Notes under the pieces: model-generated
Seen by the model: the letters and a program-made list of their open reading frames with translations, nothing else
Told to the model about the DNA's origin: nothing
The model's database searches: none
Shown: piece after piece, positions 28,773 to 38,972 of the stretch
Position numbering within the stretch: position 1 is the first letter of the stretch
How the letters are laid out: the number at the start of each line of letters is the position of its first letter
Made by a program: the position numbers and the translations under genes
Source of the DNA: Infirmifilum sp.
GTDB taxonomy: Archaea; Thermoproteota; Thermoprotei; Thermofilales; Thermofilaceae
Direction: 5' to 3'
NCBI GenBank assembly: GCA_041287245.1
Contig: JBEULP010000117.1
Span: 96,001 to 160,000, forward strand
DNA length: 64,000 bases

Positions 28773-29485
28773 GCGAGGGTTATTCCATATTTTTCATTGA
28801 AGATCTCTATTATTCGTCTACCGTCTCCTAGCATGTCATGGTTGTTGTTAAAGAAAACGTACGCTCTCTCAGGGTTGGTAGCAGCGATTTTTTCCGCTAC
28901 TTCTAGTAGCTCCTCGTCTAGATACCCATAATTATACCAGGTAAGCCTTCCATGCATCCTTACATACACCACTCCGTTAACCTTAACTACCCCGATGGTT
29001 GGCAGTCCTTCGAAGAGCGGCGAGTCAGGGGTAACAAAAAACACCTCGTTTTCCTTAAAGAAATCTATTGCCTCTCTCTCAAACCATGAGATATGCCTTG
29101 GCTCCACAGCTATTTTATCACAAGTCTTGCTGAAAGCCCTAATACGCTCTATAGATTTTTCATTGAACGAGAAATTAGGAGGTAATTGAAACAGATAAAA
29201 GTCTATCTTTTCCTCAAGAGTCCTGAATCTCTCTCTGAACTTGGACCATACAGGTAGTGCCTTCTCGTTAAGTCTTCTAATATGGGTGATGCTCCTATGA
29301 ACCTTTACAACCCAGCGTATGTTTGCGGATTCATCTCTCCACTTCTCAATAACTTCTTCTCGTGGAAAACTGTAGAAACTCATGTTCAACTCTACGGCGT
29401 TGAAGCCAGACTCTAACGCATACCATTTCAGGCCATTTGGGTTCCAGTCGTAGACCCAGCCCGAAGTTCCTACGTATAACTTCAT
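28769..29485 (-). CDS. DUF72 (YecE-like) protein
   Basis: YVGTSGW, VELNMSFY, QLPP, YVRMHGR and FFNN motifs. Confidence 0.9.
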   Translation of the reverse strand: MKLYVGTSGWVYDWNPNGLKWYALESGFNAVELNMSFYSFPREEVIEKWRDESANIRWVVKVHRSITHIRRLNEKALPVWSKFRERFRTLEEKIDFYLFQLPPNFSFNEKSIERIRAFSKTCDKIAVEPRHISWFEREAIDFFKENEVFFVTPDSPLFEGLPTIGVVKVNGVVYVRMHGRLTWYNYGYLDEELLEVAEKIAATNPERAYVFFNNNHDMLGDGRRIIEIFNEKYGITLA

Positions 29486-29590
29486 AGTTCTATGATTTTT
29501 GTTCTAGAGGCACATATATACATGCTTCTCTCGCGAGATGAGCATAACAGATAATTAGGTAGTTGAAGAATACATAAGCTGGAATTTGTT

Positions 29591-31306
29591 ATGAGTGGAA
29601 AGAGAGGTCTAGCGCTCCTTTTTGTTATATTGGCTATTACTACTCTAGCTTCTCAGTGTTACGGCCAGCAGTTCTATTTTTACGGGGTTGTCACGGACAC
29701 GCACTCAAACCCCCTTCCAGGGGTAGAAGTTGCTGTTTTCAGCAATAATCTTCTAGTAGCCTCTACAACTACAGATAGTAGTGGTTTATTCAATTTAAGG
29801 ATACCCGCTGGAACCTATATTTTAAGGGCCTACCTCAAAGGATATACCCCAAAGCAGTTCCTACTCGTTGCTAGCCAAGAAAAAGCGGGAAGTCTTGGGA
29901 CAATAATGCTTGAACCAGCGATTAACATGTACACTGAGTCAACCCAGATGGATGTTTACCAGGGAGATTATCTAAACCTGACCATCAAGGTATCTAACAA
30001 AGGGCTAGACCCATTACTTGTTTTCTTCACGATCGAAGCCCCTACATCTTGGAACGTTAACCTTGTTCTCCCCGAGGGGCTACGCGTAAACAATGTTCTT
30101 GTTGAAGCTGGAGCTGAGCGTACACTTTTCTTGAACGTGAGGGTGCCGGTTAACGCCCTGGGAAAAAATACGATACGCGTAACAGCCTCGTGGGTAAATC
30201 TCTCCACCTCTATCAACTATGTCTTCAACGTTTTGCCGAAAAGATGGGATATTATCTCGCTTCCGGCCACAGGTATAAAGGCATATCCTGGAGCACAACT
30301 GCGAATACCATTTCAGCTAATAAACCCTTTTCCCGTTGATGCCGACATAACTATATCTGTAGATTCCCCTCCCGAATGGGTGGCTACAATCCTCGACGTT
30401 AATAGCATTACTGTCTCCCGAATTAGTCTAGTTTCAAAAGCTAGCTCTCAGCTCTTCCTCGTCCTGTACATACCCCCATCAACACGTCCCGGCGCATATA
30501 AGGTTACATTGTTCACAGATATCCTTGGAAGCCGTTACTCAGCGAATCTAGACGTTAACATAGAGAGCCGCTATGACCTCCTCAACTTGACGGCGGGTAT
30601 TACAAGGCTAAACCTAAGTGGTGGTGTTTCTACAGTCGTACCTCTGTTTGTCCGAAACGACGGCAATATGCCTACAATAGCACTAATATCTGTTAACTTT
30701 AACTCTAAAGCTATACGTGCTGTGCTCTCAACCTCAAGCCAGCCCGTATCAACATTTTACCTTCTCCCAGGCGAGTCGAGGCAAGTAAACCTTATCCTAA
30801 ACGCTACCACCTCTGCGGCGCCAGGAGTATACGAAGTTAAGGTTCGGGTTAATGGTACAGTCAGCTACGATGAGAAAACCATACTTGTTAACATTGCAGG
30901 AGTTTATCGCTTTCAAATACTAAATCAGAATTTCATGGTCACTACGCCTCCCGGAAGCGCCTCAGTTTACACGCTTCGAGTAAACAATACAGGCACATAT
31001 GCTTTAACTCTAGCTACAAGGATTTTATCCGCCCCAGAAAACTTTCAAGTCATAGCTAAGCCTGACCAGCTATCTCTTCTCCCCGGAGAGACAGGTGCCT
31101 TCACAATTCAAATTAGTGTTCCCCCCGACACGCCAGAAGGCGTTTATAACGTAGTGGTTAGGATTGAGTCCGGCAGTCTCGCTGAAACCAGGGTGATTAT
31201 AGTCTGGGTACGTACTGAGACAAGCCTAAGTTTTACCTTGATAATGTTTGCTCTCGTAGCCGTAAGCTTCTTCTTAGTTTATTATGGAAAGCGAAGATAT
31301 AGTTAG
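29591..31306 (+). CDS. Surface protein with carboxypeptidase-regulatory-like domain and repeated Ig-like (NEW3/COG1470-type) domains
   Basis: Signal peptide; G.V.D....PLPGV.V and TTDSSG.F; repeated V.N.G...L.PGE....L.V.VP.....G.Y modules; C-terminal TM. Confidence 0.75.
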   Translation: MSGKRGLALLFVILAITTLASQCYGQQFYFYGVVTDTHSNPLPGVEVAVFSNNLLVASTTTDSSGLFNLRIPAGTYILRAYLKGYTPKQFLLVASQEKAGSLGTIMLEPAINMYTESTQMDVYQGDYLNLTIKVSNKGLDPLLVFFTIEAPTSWNVNLVLPEGLRVNNVLVEAGAERTLFLNVRVPVNALGKNTIRVTASWVNLSTSINYVFNVLPKRWDIISLPATGIKAYPGAQLRIPFQLINPFPVDADITISVDSPPEWVATILDVNSITVSRISLVSKASSQLFLVLYIPPSTRPGAYKVTLFTDILGSRYSANLDVNIESRYDLLNLTAGITRLNLSGGVSTVVPLFVRNDGNMPTIALISVNFNSKAIRAVLSTSSQPVSTFYLLPGESRQVNLILNATTSAAPGVYEVKVRVNGTVSYDEKTILVNIAGVYRFQILNQNFMVTTPPGSASVYTLRVNNTGTYALTLATRILSAPENFQVIAKPDQLSLLPGETGAFTIQISVPPDTPEGVYNVVVRIESGSLAETRVIIVWVRTETSLSFTLIMFALVAVSFFLVYYGKRRYS

Positions 31307-31315
31307 GGATCGGGA

Positions 31316-32542
31316 ATGGAGCCCTTTTCCCTAGCTATACTTTACTTTCTCGGTATAGAAACCGCTTTCACTCCATGCTTTCTTCCTATTTTTCCAATCT
31401 TCTTAGGAATTCTCGCCAAGACAAGTAAAGGAAAAGCCCTCTTAACAACGTTGTTTTTCATTATAGGCGTAACGGCAAGTTTTTTAACGTATGGTGTCCT
31501 AGCCGCCTACAGCGGTGAGCTACTAAATAGTCTAATTATAAGCAACCTTTCATCGATTGCCATATCGCTGGGACTTTTCTTAATAAGTATCGGAATTTTC
31601 ATGATTTCTCCTCTCAGGGTTCTATTCTCTCTTATACCCTCCGCACATCTTCGCTTCAAAAGGTCTTCTCCTCTGAATGCTCTTTTATTAGGTTTCACCT
31701 TTTCCCTTGTAGCGGCGCCTTGCGCGGCGACAATACTTGTAGCTGCTTTTTTAACGTTCTGGCTTCAGAGTTTGGGAAGTACAACGAGTTTCGTCCTCAC
31801 AGCCTTATCATATTCCTTAGGGGTAAACACACCTTTCTTCACCCTGGGGATTCTTACTCAGCTCCTAGGGAAGAGCATAGAGGCTAAATTTACACGAAGT
31901 ATTCTAGTAAAATACAACGAGGTTATCTCGGGTCTCACTATAATCGTCCTAGGTGTCTTAACAATAATAAGCGTTAATGGGTATGACTTAATACTTACTA
32001 AGGTCTCTCGCGACTTAATCCCCTATTTTAGCATCCTGTCCTTTATAGGTGGTCTGGTATACTCTATAGAGGCAACTAAATTAGGGGTAAAAATAGGAGT
32101 TCTTCAACCTCTATTACTGGGAGTAGGTTTATTGCTCATCGGAACAACAGATCTCGTTTCGAGCTTCCCGTTGGTGCTCTCAAGCCCGGAAATAATATTC
32201 GTCGTATATCTAGCAGGAAGACTTATTGTATCACTAGGAGGTATTCTCCTAATAACATCTCCACTCGCATCCGTATTTCCGGTAATCCCGATAGCAGCAC
32301 CCGATGCGTTCATGCTACTCGCATGGTTACTAGGGCCTGGAAGAAGAGAGAAAGAACACCTGTTCGCGTCTCTTTATCTGATTGCCCACCTTCTTGTAGG
32401 TATACTTCAACACACCTCTCTTTTCGAGCCTATATACCCATATGTTATAGTAGTTTTACCAACAGCCTATTTAAGCCTGCTCCTTCCAGCCTTAAAATTT
32501 TCTAAAATACTTACCAGTCTAAGACTGCTTGAGGAGCTTTAG
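31316..32542 (+). CDS. CcdA/DsbD-family transmembrane disulfide exchange protein with C-terminal TM extension
   Basis: TPCFLP and APC cysteine pair in TM helices; about 180 extra hydrophobic residues. Confidence 0.75.
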   Translation: MEPFSLAILYFLGIETAFTPCFLPIFPIFLGILAKTSKGKALLTTLFFIIGVTASFLTYGVLAAYSGELLNSLIISNLSSIAISLGLFLISIGIFMISPLRVLFSLIPSAHLRFKRSSPLNALLLGFTFSLVAAPCAATILVAAFLTFWLQSLGSTTSFVLTALSYSLGVNTPFFTLGILTQLLGKSIEAKFTRSILVKYNEVISGLTIIVLGVLTIISVNGYDLILTKVSRDLIPYFSILSFIGGLVYSIEATKLGVKIGVLQPLLLGVGLLLIGTTDLVSSFPLVLSSPEIIFVVYLAGRLIVSLGGILLITSPLASVFPVIPIAAPDAFMLLAWLLGPGRREKEHLFASLYLIAHLLVGILQHTSLFEPIYPYVIVVLPTAYLSLLLPALKFSKILTSLRLLEEL

Positions 32543-32836
32543 CAGCTGTTGAACACTTCTTTTCTCAGCATTAAGCCGATAGTAAGTGACATAACCAGAA
32601 TCTTCTACAATTAGAAAATTACTCTTAACGAGGCGTTCAAGGATAGGTCTCGCTCGTGAAACACCTACTACCTCTTTTTCAACCATATAAGCGCTAAATG
32701 ATTGAGAGGGATCTTCAAGGAATTTTCTAAGGAAGAATAATAAGACACGAACATACCCCTTACAGCGCTCAGGAAAGATAGATAAAAGGTCCTCTTCAAA
32801 CTCGCTAAAATCCGAAAAGCCCTCGCCGCCTCTCAT
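32519..32836 (-). CDS. Small winged-helix protein
   Basis: VSRARPILERLVKSNFL....G..TYYRLN wHTH-like pattern; ATG 32836 preferred (ORF-track start is 32848). Confidence 0.6.
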   Translation of the reverse strand: MRGGEGFSDFSEFEEDLLSIFPERCKGYVRVLLFFLRKFLEDPSQSFSAYMVEKEVVGVSRARPILERLVKSNFLIVEDSGYVTYYRLNAEKRSVQQLLKLLKQS

Positions 32837-34373
32837 AGAGGATCCCAAGAAGCTTTTCCCTTAGCTCGGGAGCGCCATCCCCGCCTATCTCATCGATTTT
32901 TCTAGCTACAAAGTCTTCTCCAACACTAAATCTAAGCCAACGCGAGAAGTCACCCCTTTGTTGATGAAATATTATACTCTCGTTAGGCGCCTTCTCCAAT
33001 GCTTCAATAAATGAGAAGATATTCCAAGCCACAAGCCCAGCGGGTTTCCCAAAATCCAAATAAAATAGGAACTCACTACCAGCTCTTACCCGCCTCATCC
33101 ATACAAATCTATAGCGTGCCTCCTCATCAGCCTCGAGCCTCGAGGACACCCTATGCTCTAAATCTGCCAGGGCATCCGAGTAGAACATATAGGCTTGGAA
33201 AGGAGACTTATACGGGCTAAAGTACGTGTGCACGTCTCCCGGCCCCCCTCCCTTTGTTGACATATAATAGAAGTGGTCGCTGATCGAAAGCAATCTCCAA
33301 AGCCGCAATAGATTGTCGTCACGTGTGGCTTTGATCTCAAGCCACAGATTCCTAAGTCTTTCAAACGCATAGTCCTGCATGAAGTTGCCAACCCAAGCAC
33401 TTAAGTCTCTCTCGAGATCAGCCCATGAGATTGTATCGCTCTCAGGCACGTCGATCTCGTCGCGGGGTGGTAGAGTCTCTGCAACCTCAGTAGGTGTAGA
33501 AGTTACCAAGTGATCCCATTTTAAAATTTCTCCTGGAAGCCACCTTAAAAACTCGAAAATACCTGTATCGGCTTGAAAATGCTCTCCAAAAGTCTCATAG
33601 TCGATAGCTACTAAAACGACATCGCCAGGAGTAGCCGCAAGCCAGGCAGAGTATTTCTCGGCTGTGAGAGGATACTCGCTCCACCACCTAGAAGCAAATC
33701 TAAAGCCTATATCGTCTGACAACCTGTAGTTTCTCATTAAAACACGGATGTTCAAACCTCTGGCCTTATACAAGTAGTTAGGACTCCTCCACAACAATAT
33801 TCTTTCAACACCCTCTGTGAGAACAATTTTGTACCCCAACCTCTCAAATACGCTAGCAATATAGTTGTTATAGATGAACTCGGTGTTTTCAATTGCTTTA
33901 GGAGTAACACCGAACAGGCTTTTAACGGTGTCTCGATGCAGCCTAATCTGATCTATAAACTCCTCCTCAGATATTAAGAAGCTTAGACTATGGAAATACG
34001 TCTGGTCTAGGAACTCTACCATACCCGTATCGGCAAGCTGTTTGAAACTGTCAATCAGATTAGGCATCCAGCGCTCGGCCTGCTCCAGAAGAACCCCGGA
34101 GAGACTGTAGGACACCTTAAACTTCTTCCCATGATCCTTAAACATATCTATCTGTTGTAATATAATCGAATTTGCCGGAAGATAACATCTCTTCGCAACC
34201 CTTTCAAATACCTCACGGTTAAGGGCATTGTTAAAGTAAACTTCCTCTAGTTCTTGCGGGTCTAGGCTACCGTTTAACGCTATTTTCTCGGCGATTTGTT
34301 GGGAAATATTACTTGCAAGCCTGTACGGCTGATGAACTTCAAACATAAATACTACATGCTTGATAAAGGGCAC
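32805..34373 (-). CDS. Glycoside hydrolase family 57 (alpha-amylase-like) with C-terminal DUF5752-like domain
   Basis: FEVHQPYRL, NTE, DYETFGEH and SDHFYYM motifs; C-terminal SIIFH..RGDFSRW. Confidence 0.9.
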   Translation of the reverse strand: MPFIKHVVFMFEVHQPYRLASNISQQIAEKIALNGSLDPQELEEVYFNNALNREVFERVAKRCYLPANSIILQQIDMFKDHGKKFKVSYSLSGVLLEQAERWMPNLIDSFKQLADTGMVEFLDQTYFHSLSFLISEEEFIDQIRLHRDTVKSLFGVTPKAIENTEFIYNNYIASVFERLGYKIVLTEGVERILLWRSPNYLYKARGLNIRVLMRNYRLSDDIGFRFASRWWSEYPLTAEKYSAWLAATPGDVVLVAIDYETFGEHFQADTGIFEFLRWLPGEILKWDHLVTSTPTEVAETLPPRDEIDVPESDTISWADLERDLSAWVGNFMQDYAFERLRNLWLEIKATRDDNLLRLWRLLSISDHFYYMSTKGGGPGDVHTYFSPYKSPFQAYMFYSDALADLEHRVSSRLEADEEARYRFVWMRRVRAGSEFLFYLDFGKPAGLVAWNIFSFIEALEKAPNESIIFHQQRGDFSRWLRFSVGEDFVARKIDEIGGDGAPELREKLLGILYERRRGLFGF

Positions 34374-34424
34374 CCCAAAGCTATTACGAGAAATTAGAAT
34401 AAAAATCTAGTTTTTCAAAGAACC

Positions 34425-34949
34425 TTAGCGTTTGCTTTTATACCGCTCTATAGCATTATTTATTGAGATAAGCGCTTTATCCCTCTCATGCCATGCTTTA
34501 ACTTTAACCCATTTCCCGGGTTCGAGCTCCTTATAATGCTCGAAGAAGTGTCGAATCCTATTCCTTATGCTCTCGTCCACGTCCCCGATGCTTCTGACTT
34601 TTGCAAAACGGGCATCAATCTTCTCATGAGGCACTGCGATAATCTTGCTGTCGGGCCCAGCCTCGTCCTCCATCTCAAGCAGTGCGATGGGCCTCGCGCG
34701 CACAACGCTTCCAGGAACGAAGGGTTCATAGCTGAGGAGAACTACGTCCACTGGATCTCCATCCTCCTCTAGTGTGGAAGGGATAAAACCATAGTTGAAT
34801 GGAAAGACCATCGAGGTGAATAGAACTCTATCAACGAATACAGCGCCGCTCTCCTTATCTATCTCGTATTTAATGCTACTTCCCATGGGTATCTCCACAA
34901 CAACGAAGATATCTTCTGGAGGATTTTTTCCAGGGGGCAGACTCTTCAT
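34425..34949 (-). CDS. ppa: Inorganic pyrophosphatase (family I)
   Basis: KYE.DK, NYGFIP, DGDPVD and FFEHYKELE motifs. Confidence 0.96.
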   Translation of the reverse strand: MKSLPPGKNPPEDIFVVVEIPMGSSIKYEIDKESGAVFVDRVLFTSMVFPFNYGFIPSTLEEDGDPVDVVLLSYEPFVPGSVVRARPIALLEMEDEAGPDSKIIAVPHEKIDARFAKVRSIGDVDESIRNRIRHFFEHYKELEPGKWVKVKAWHERDKALISINNAIERYKSKR

Positions 34950-35039
34950 ACGTGACAACCCTTGGGCAATTATGACCTAGAGGGCGACTATGGTTTTAAA
35001 TTTTTCCCAATCTCAGCCCAGCGTGGCGTCTAAGTATAA

Positions 35040-36605
35040 TCACTCAGCCTTGTAGACGGTACCTATTGCTCTCGTCCTAGAGTCCCTAAGTATGAACTTT
35101 TCATTTTCCTCGATGTACCATTGCTTTTTCAAGAATCTTAGCCTAACTAGACCTATATCACCAGTCCGCATGGGCTCCTTCTCCATCCACGTAATCTCCA
35201 CCGGTGTTCTGATAGAATGGATGTGAAACACGGTTTGATAACCTCTTTTAATCGTTGTTGGGTGTTTTAGGACAAGGATCTCGGCGACTAGACTCTGAGA
35301 CCCATGCAACGGAGTCTCTGCTAAAACCAGCCCCTTCTCAATCTCGTCCCTTTTAAAATCAGTTATAGCTAACGTGGCTTCCTCACCAGCCCGACAAGTT
35401 ACGACTGGAACCCTATTTACATGTATGGACTTAACCCTTGTTTTCCTCCATGTACCATCAGATAGAGGCCCTAGAAAATAGTAGGAATTCTCCTGAATAG
35501 TCCCCCTTTCAACGGCTACAGCGATCACTGTTCCAACGCCTTTCACATCATAGATTTCCGTAACATATGCCAGAAGTGGTTTCTTGATCAGTTCACCCCA
35601 CCTTTTACGCGGGGGTAGCAGGTTCATGAATTCCGTTAAGGCATCAAGCCCCTCACCTGTGGTGTTAGATATGCGGAAAATAGGTACAATTCTACCTGAG
35701 GGCATTAAAGGCGCGACTTCGTAAACATCGCTCAAGCTTTTCACAGTGAAAGGTTTCTTGTCTAGTCTTCGAATGATTGTGAGTGTCTCTTCGAGAAACC
35801 CTTTTTCAACCTCCGGGCTCACTATGTCAATTTTAGTGAACACTATAAAGACAGGTATCTTCAGGGCGACGCAAACACCGAGGTGTTCCCGCCCCATAAC
35901 TTGCAGCCCAGAATTGGCTGCGACGACAAGCATAGCATAGTCGGGGTACTTCGATAGTACTCCGCGGAGAGCCGTGCGAAGATATCTCTCATGACCTCCT
36001 ACATCAACAAGTGAAATAATTTTCTTTGAAGAGAGGTATATCTGCGCTTCATCGAGGGGATTGGGAAGGCCCCAATTAACAGGTTTCCCGGTTAAGTCAA
36101 AACCTAAAAGCCTAATTGCCACGGAGGAGGTTCTTCCAGTTAAAATTTCATGTGTATACCTTGCAACCTTTCTCATATTGCTTCCTCTTCCGTCGTCTAA
36201 GGTTCCTGAGCACAGAGTACCTACTGTTGTACTCTTCCCAGCGTCGACGTTTCCTACAACAATTATGTTTAATTGGCTCGGAGGGTTTTCTTCGCGAGAA
36301 AGCCTAACAAGAATCCTGGTTACTACTTTTTCACCATACTCCTTCCTGTCAAGGACTCGAATGCTTGCGCCAACCTTCTCAGCTACAATTCTTAGAATTT
36401 CCAGTGACACCGCCTCCTCTTCAGGAGTTAAACCACGGATGCTTCCGTCATCATGTACCCCCAAGATATAGATAGCCTCGCCCCCTCCCTCGAAAAGCCT
36501 GTATCGCATTTGAGAGGCTAGTCTTTCCAACCTGTCATCATCTTTCTCAACTAGTATGGACTTATACTCGACGGGTCCGCTGTCCTGTTCTGCGGGATAC
36601 TTCAA
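35040..36605 (-). CDS. Translational GTPase of the GTPBP1/GTPBP2 family
   Basis: GNVDAGKST, HE...GRTS, DVGGHERY and TKID motifs; N-terminal EYK...EGGGEAIY.LGV.DDG domain; TTG 36605 follows GAGGT. Confidence 0.88.
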   Translation of the reverse strand: MKYPAEQDSGPVEYKSILVEKDDDRLERLASQMRYRLFEGGGEAIYILGVHDDGSIRGLTPEEEAVSLEILRIVAEKVGASIRVLDRKEYGEKVVTRILVRLSREENPPSQLNIIVVGNVDAGKSTTVGTLCSGTLDDGRGSNMRKVARYTHEILTGRTSSVAIRLLGFDLTGKPVNWGLPNPLDEAQIYLSSKKIISLVDVGGHERYLRTALRGVLSKYPDYAMLVVAANSGLQVMGREHLGVCVALKIPVFIVFTKIDIVSPEVEKGFLEETLTIIRRLDKKPFTVKSLSDVYEVAPLMPSGRIVPIFRISNTTGEGLDALTEFMNLLPPRKRWGELIKKPLLAYVTEIYDVKGVGTVIAVAVERGTIQENSYYFLGPLSDGTWRKTRVKSIHVNRVPVVTCRAGEEATLAITDFKRDEIEKGLVLAETPLHGSQSLVAEILVLKHPTTIKRGYQTVFHIHSIRTPVEITWMEKEPMRTGDIGLVRLRFLKKQWYIEENEKFILRDSRTRAIGTVYKAE

Positions 36606-36736
36606 CTTTACCTCTAAATTTAAACAAAAATGGGCTCTATTAAGCCTGACTCTTTTCGGATAGGATATTATGGCACGACTAACCGGTAACACCCGCTAAA
36701 CATTTAGCCTAACTACTCAATATAGAACTCAACACT

Positions 36737-37909
36737 ATGCTTTTCGCTAGAGTGTACATCGGGACATCTGGGTGGGACTATGATGACTGGATAGGGCCTT
36801 TCTACAACCGGGATAAGAATTTGTTCAGCCAATATGCCAGAGTCTTTAAAACTGTCGAAATCAACTCGACGTTTTATTCTCTACCATCTAAAAACTTTAT
36901 CGAGGGACTTACACGCGTAGCCCCTAAAGACTTCATCTTCAGTTTGAAGCTATACCGTGGTGTTACGCATAAAAAGCTCTTAAAACCCGAAGTTATAGGA
37001 CACGAGCTCGATTTCTTCTTTAAATCGATAAGTCCGTTACGCGCATCTGGAAAACTAGGAGCAGTTTTAATACAGCTTCCGCCAAAGCCAAAGGAAGAGT
37101 TGACGCACTTCAAGGATTTTCTTGCAATGCTCCCAAAGGGGTATCGATTCGCTGTTGAGTTTAGGCACCCGAGCTGGCTTACAGAAGAAGCTTTCAAAAT
37201 ACTTGAAGACTTTAATATTGCTTACACCATCGTCGACGAACCCCTTCTGCCTCCACAAGCTATGGTCACTGCGGATTTCTCCTACATAAGATGGCATGGC
37301 AGGAGCCAGAGCCCATGGTATTACTACCATTATTCTCTAGACGAGCTTCAAGCATGGGCTAAAAAGATAGGAGAAATAACTGAAAAAGTATCGCTTCTTC
37401 TAGGCTACTTTAACAACCACTTTAGAGGCTTCGCGCCTCATAATGCCTTACAGATGCTTGCCCTGCTCGGCATGCTTGATAGAGAAAGACGTTACCTCTT
37501 GGCAGAGATGGACAAGTATTTCTCAGCGATGCCTAAAGAGACCTTAGAAGAGGCAAAGACAGCGCTCGAAGAAGGAAACATAGAAACCATACTTAAGGCT
37601 TTAGCAGGCGATAAAAGATTTGAAAGAGGAGTCGAAATAGACAGCAAGGAGGTTAGTTATGGGATAGAAGAAGGCAAGGTCTACGGTAAGGTTAAAGACT
37701 ACTACATCCTGATTGATCAATCCTCAAGGCTTATTAGTCACAACTGCGAGGACTGGAGGAAGTCCTTAGAAACAAAGAGGTTTTGCAAGCATATGGTAAA
37801 GTTTTTCATTACATTGCCGCGGGAGCTCTCACTTCAACTATTAAAAGACATACTAACTAATATCGACGACTGGGAATTCGTGGCAAACACCTCGGGACTG
37901 GAAGAATAA
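36737..37909 (+). CDS. DUF72 protein fused to a C-terminal SWIM-like zinc finger
   Basis: GTSGW, VEINSTFY, RWHGR and YFNNH motifs; C-terminal HNCEDW...CKH. Confidence 0.85.
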   Translation: MLFARVYIGTSGWDYDDWIGPFYNRDKNLFSQYARVFKTVEINSTFYSLPSKNFIEGLTRVAPKDFIFSLKLYRGVTHKKLLKPEVIGHELDFFFKSISPLRASGKLGAVLIQLPPKPKEELTHFKDFLAMLPKGYRFAVEFRHPSWLTEEAFKILEDFNIAYTIVDEPLLPPQAMVTADFSYIRWHGRSQSPWYYYHYSLDELQAWAKKIGEITEKVSLLLGYFNNHFRGFAPHNALQMLALLGMLDRERRYLLAEMDKYFSAMPKETLEEAKTALEEGNIETILKALAGDKRFERGVEIDSKEVSYGIEEGKVYGKVKDYYILIDQSSRLISHNCEDWRKSLETKRFCKHMVKFFITLPRELSLQLLKDILTNIDDWEFVANTSGLEE

Positions 37910-38450
37910 GCTCGCAATCTCCAGATTTAAGCCTAAGGTAATCTCCTCTCCAGTAAAGGTAGACTGTATAAGCTGCCGTGACTGCGTCAAGCGCATCACC
38001 GTTGAGTTTCGCATCCACGAACTTGATACCCAGCCTCTCAAGACCTTCTTTTAGGCCTACCAAAGAGGCTTTTTTTCTTGGAATGCACAACAAATCCTGC
38101 GTTCCGCCCGGATATACTTCTAATACTCTTATCCCCGCCTTTTCCAGAGTAGCTGCTAGTTTCATGCCTCGTTTAGTCAGTTTCTCCATCGCAGGCAGAA
38201 CCGGCGGGAAAAATTTGATACCGAGTTCTCGCAGCATCCTTTCACAACCTCTTTCCCTGGCCTGTTTTGGGAAGGATAAGGGAGAATCGATCCCCATAGC
38301 ATATACCTCTTGCCGGGTAATATTATTCAATATCTCTTCATCAGTGTAAAGCTTTAACACCCTGGCCCTGAGCTCTAGATCGAGAAAAGCGAGATATGAA
38401 GCCTTTACTTCACCTGCCGTTAGGTCCAAACCGCCGAAAAACATGATCAT
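37857..38450 (-). CDS. DUF429 predicted nuclease (RNase H-like fold)
   Basis: GLDL, IDSPL, R..ER, EVYPG and DALDA motifs. Confidence 0.85.
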   Translation of the reverse strand: MIMFFGGLDLTAGEVKASYLAFLDLELRARVLKLYTDEEILNNITRQEVYAMGIDSPLSFPKQARERGCERMLRELGIKFFPPVLPAMEKLTKRGMKLAATLEKAGIRVLEVYPGGTQDLLCIPRKKASLVGLKEGLERLGIKFVDAKLNGDALDAVTAAYTVYLYWRGDYLRLKSGDCELILPVPRCLPRIPSRRY

Positions 38451-38962
38451 CGCGGGAGAGTTACTCCCCTCTGGCCTTGATATTTACCCCTGTATGTGAC
38501 AAGGTCACCCTGGATACGGTAAAAGGCTACATGGGCAAACCTCATCCCCTTTCTCAGCACTATCGGAAATGCCCCACCGTGTATTTCAATGGTTATCTCA
38601 CCCTCGAACCCTGCGTCTATAAGAGTCGGGGGTATCGAGACACCGAGTCTTGCAAAGGTGCTTCTAACCCCTATTAGACCCGCAACATCTGGAGGCATCT
38701 TGATGTATTCAAGTGTTGTCACAAGAACCTTCATGTACGGCTGGAGGACGAAGCTATCCGTACGGAAAACCTTGTAGTAATTGTTCAGGTCAACCTCTCT
38801 TATCCGATCAGGGTCTAGGGGCTCGGGATTATTTAGTAACACCGCGACTTCTTCTCCAATTCTTAGGTCTATACCGTTCTCTCTGATTATCTCTTCCGAA
38901 AACGGCTGAATTAGAAGCTTCCCTTCATTAACAAGGCGTCTAAGCTCTGCTCCTGAAAGCAT
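38447..38962 (-). CDS. dcd: dCTP deaminase
   Basis: DLR, RSTFARLG, IDAGFEG.ITIE and Y.GKYQGQRG motifs. Confidence 0.92.
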   Translation of the reverse strand: MLSGAELRRLVNEGKLLIQPFSEEIIRENGIDLRIGEEVAVLLNNPEPLDPDRIREVDLNNYYKVFRTDSFVLQPYMKVLVTTLEYIKMPPDVAGLIGVRSTFARLGVSIPPTLIDAGFEGEITIEIHGGAFPIVLRKGMRFAHVAFYRIQGDLVTYRGKYQGQRGVTLPR

Positions 38963-38972
38963 ACTCCTAACC

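Noticed and set aside
35010..35050. Minus-strand CTGA-GTGATTA-N20-CTGA resembling part of a box C/D RNA
   Set aside because: No credible C box upstream and the spacer is too long
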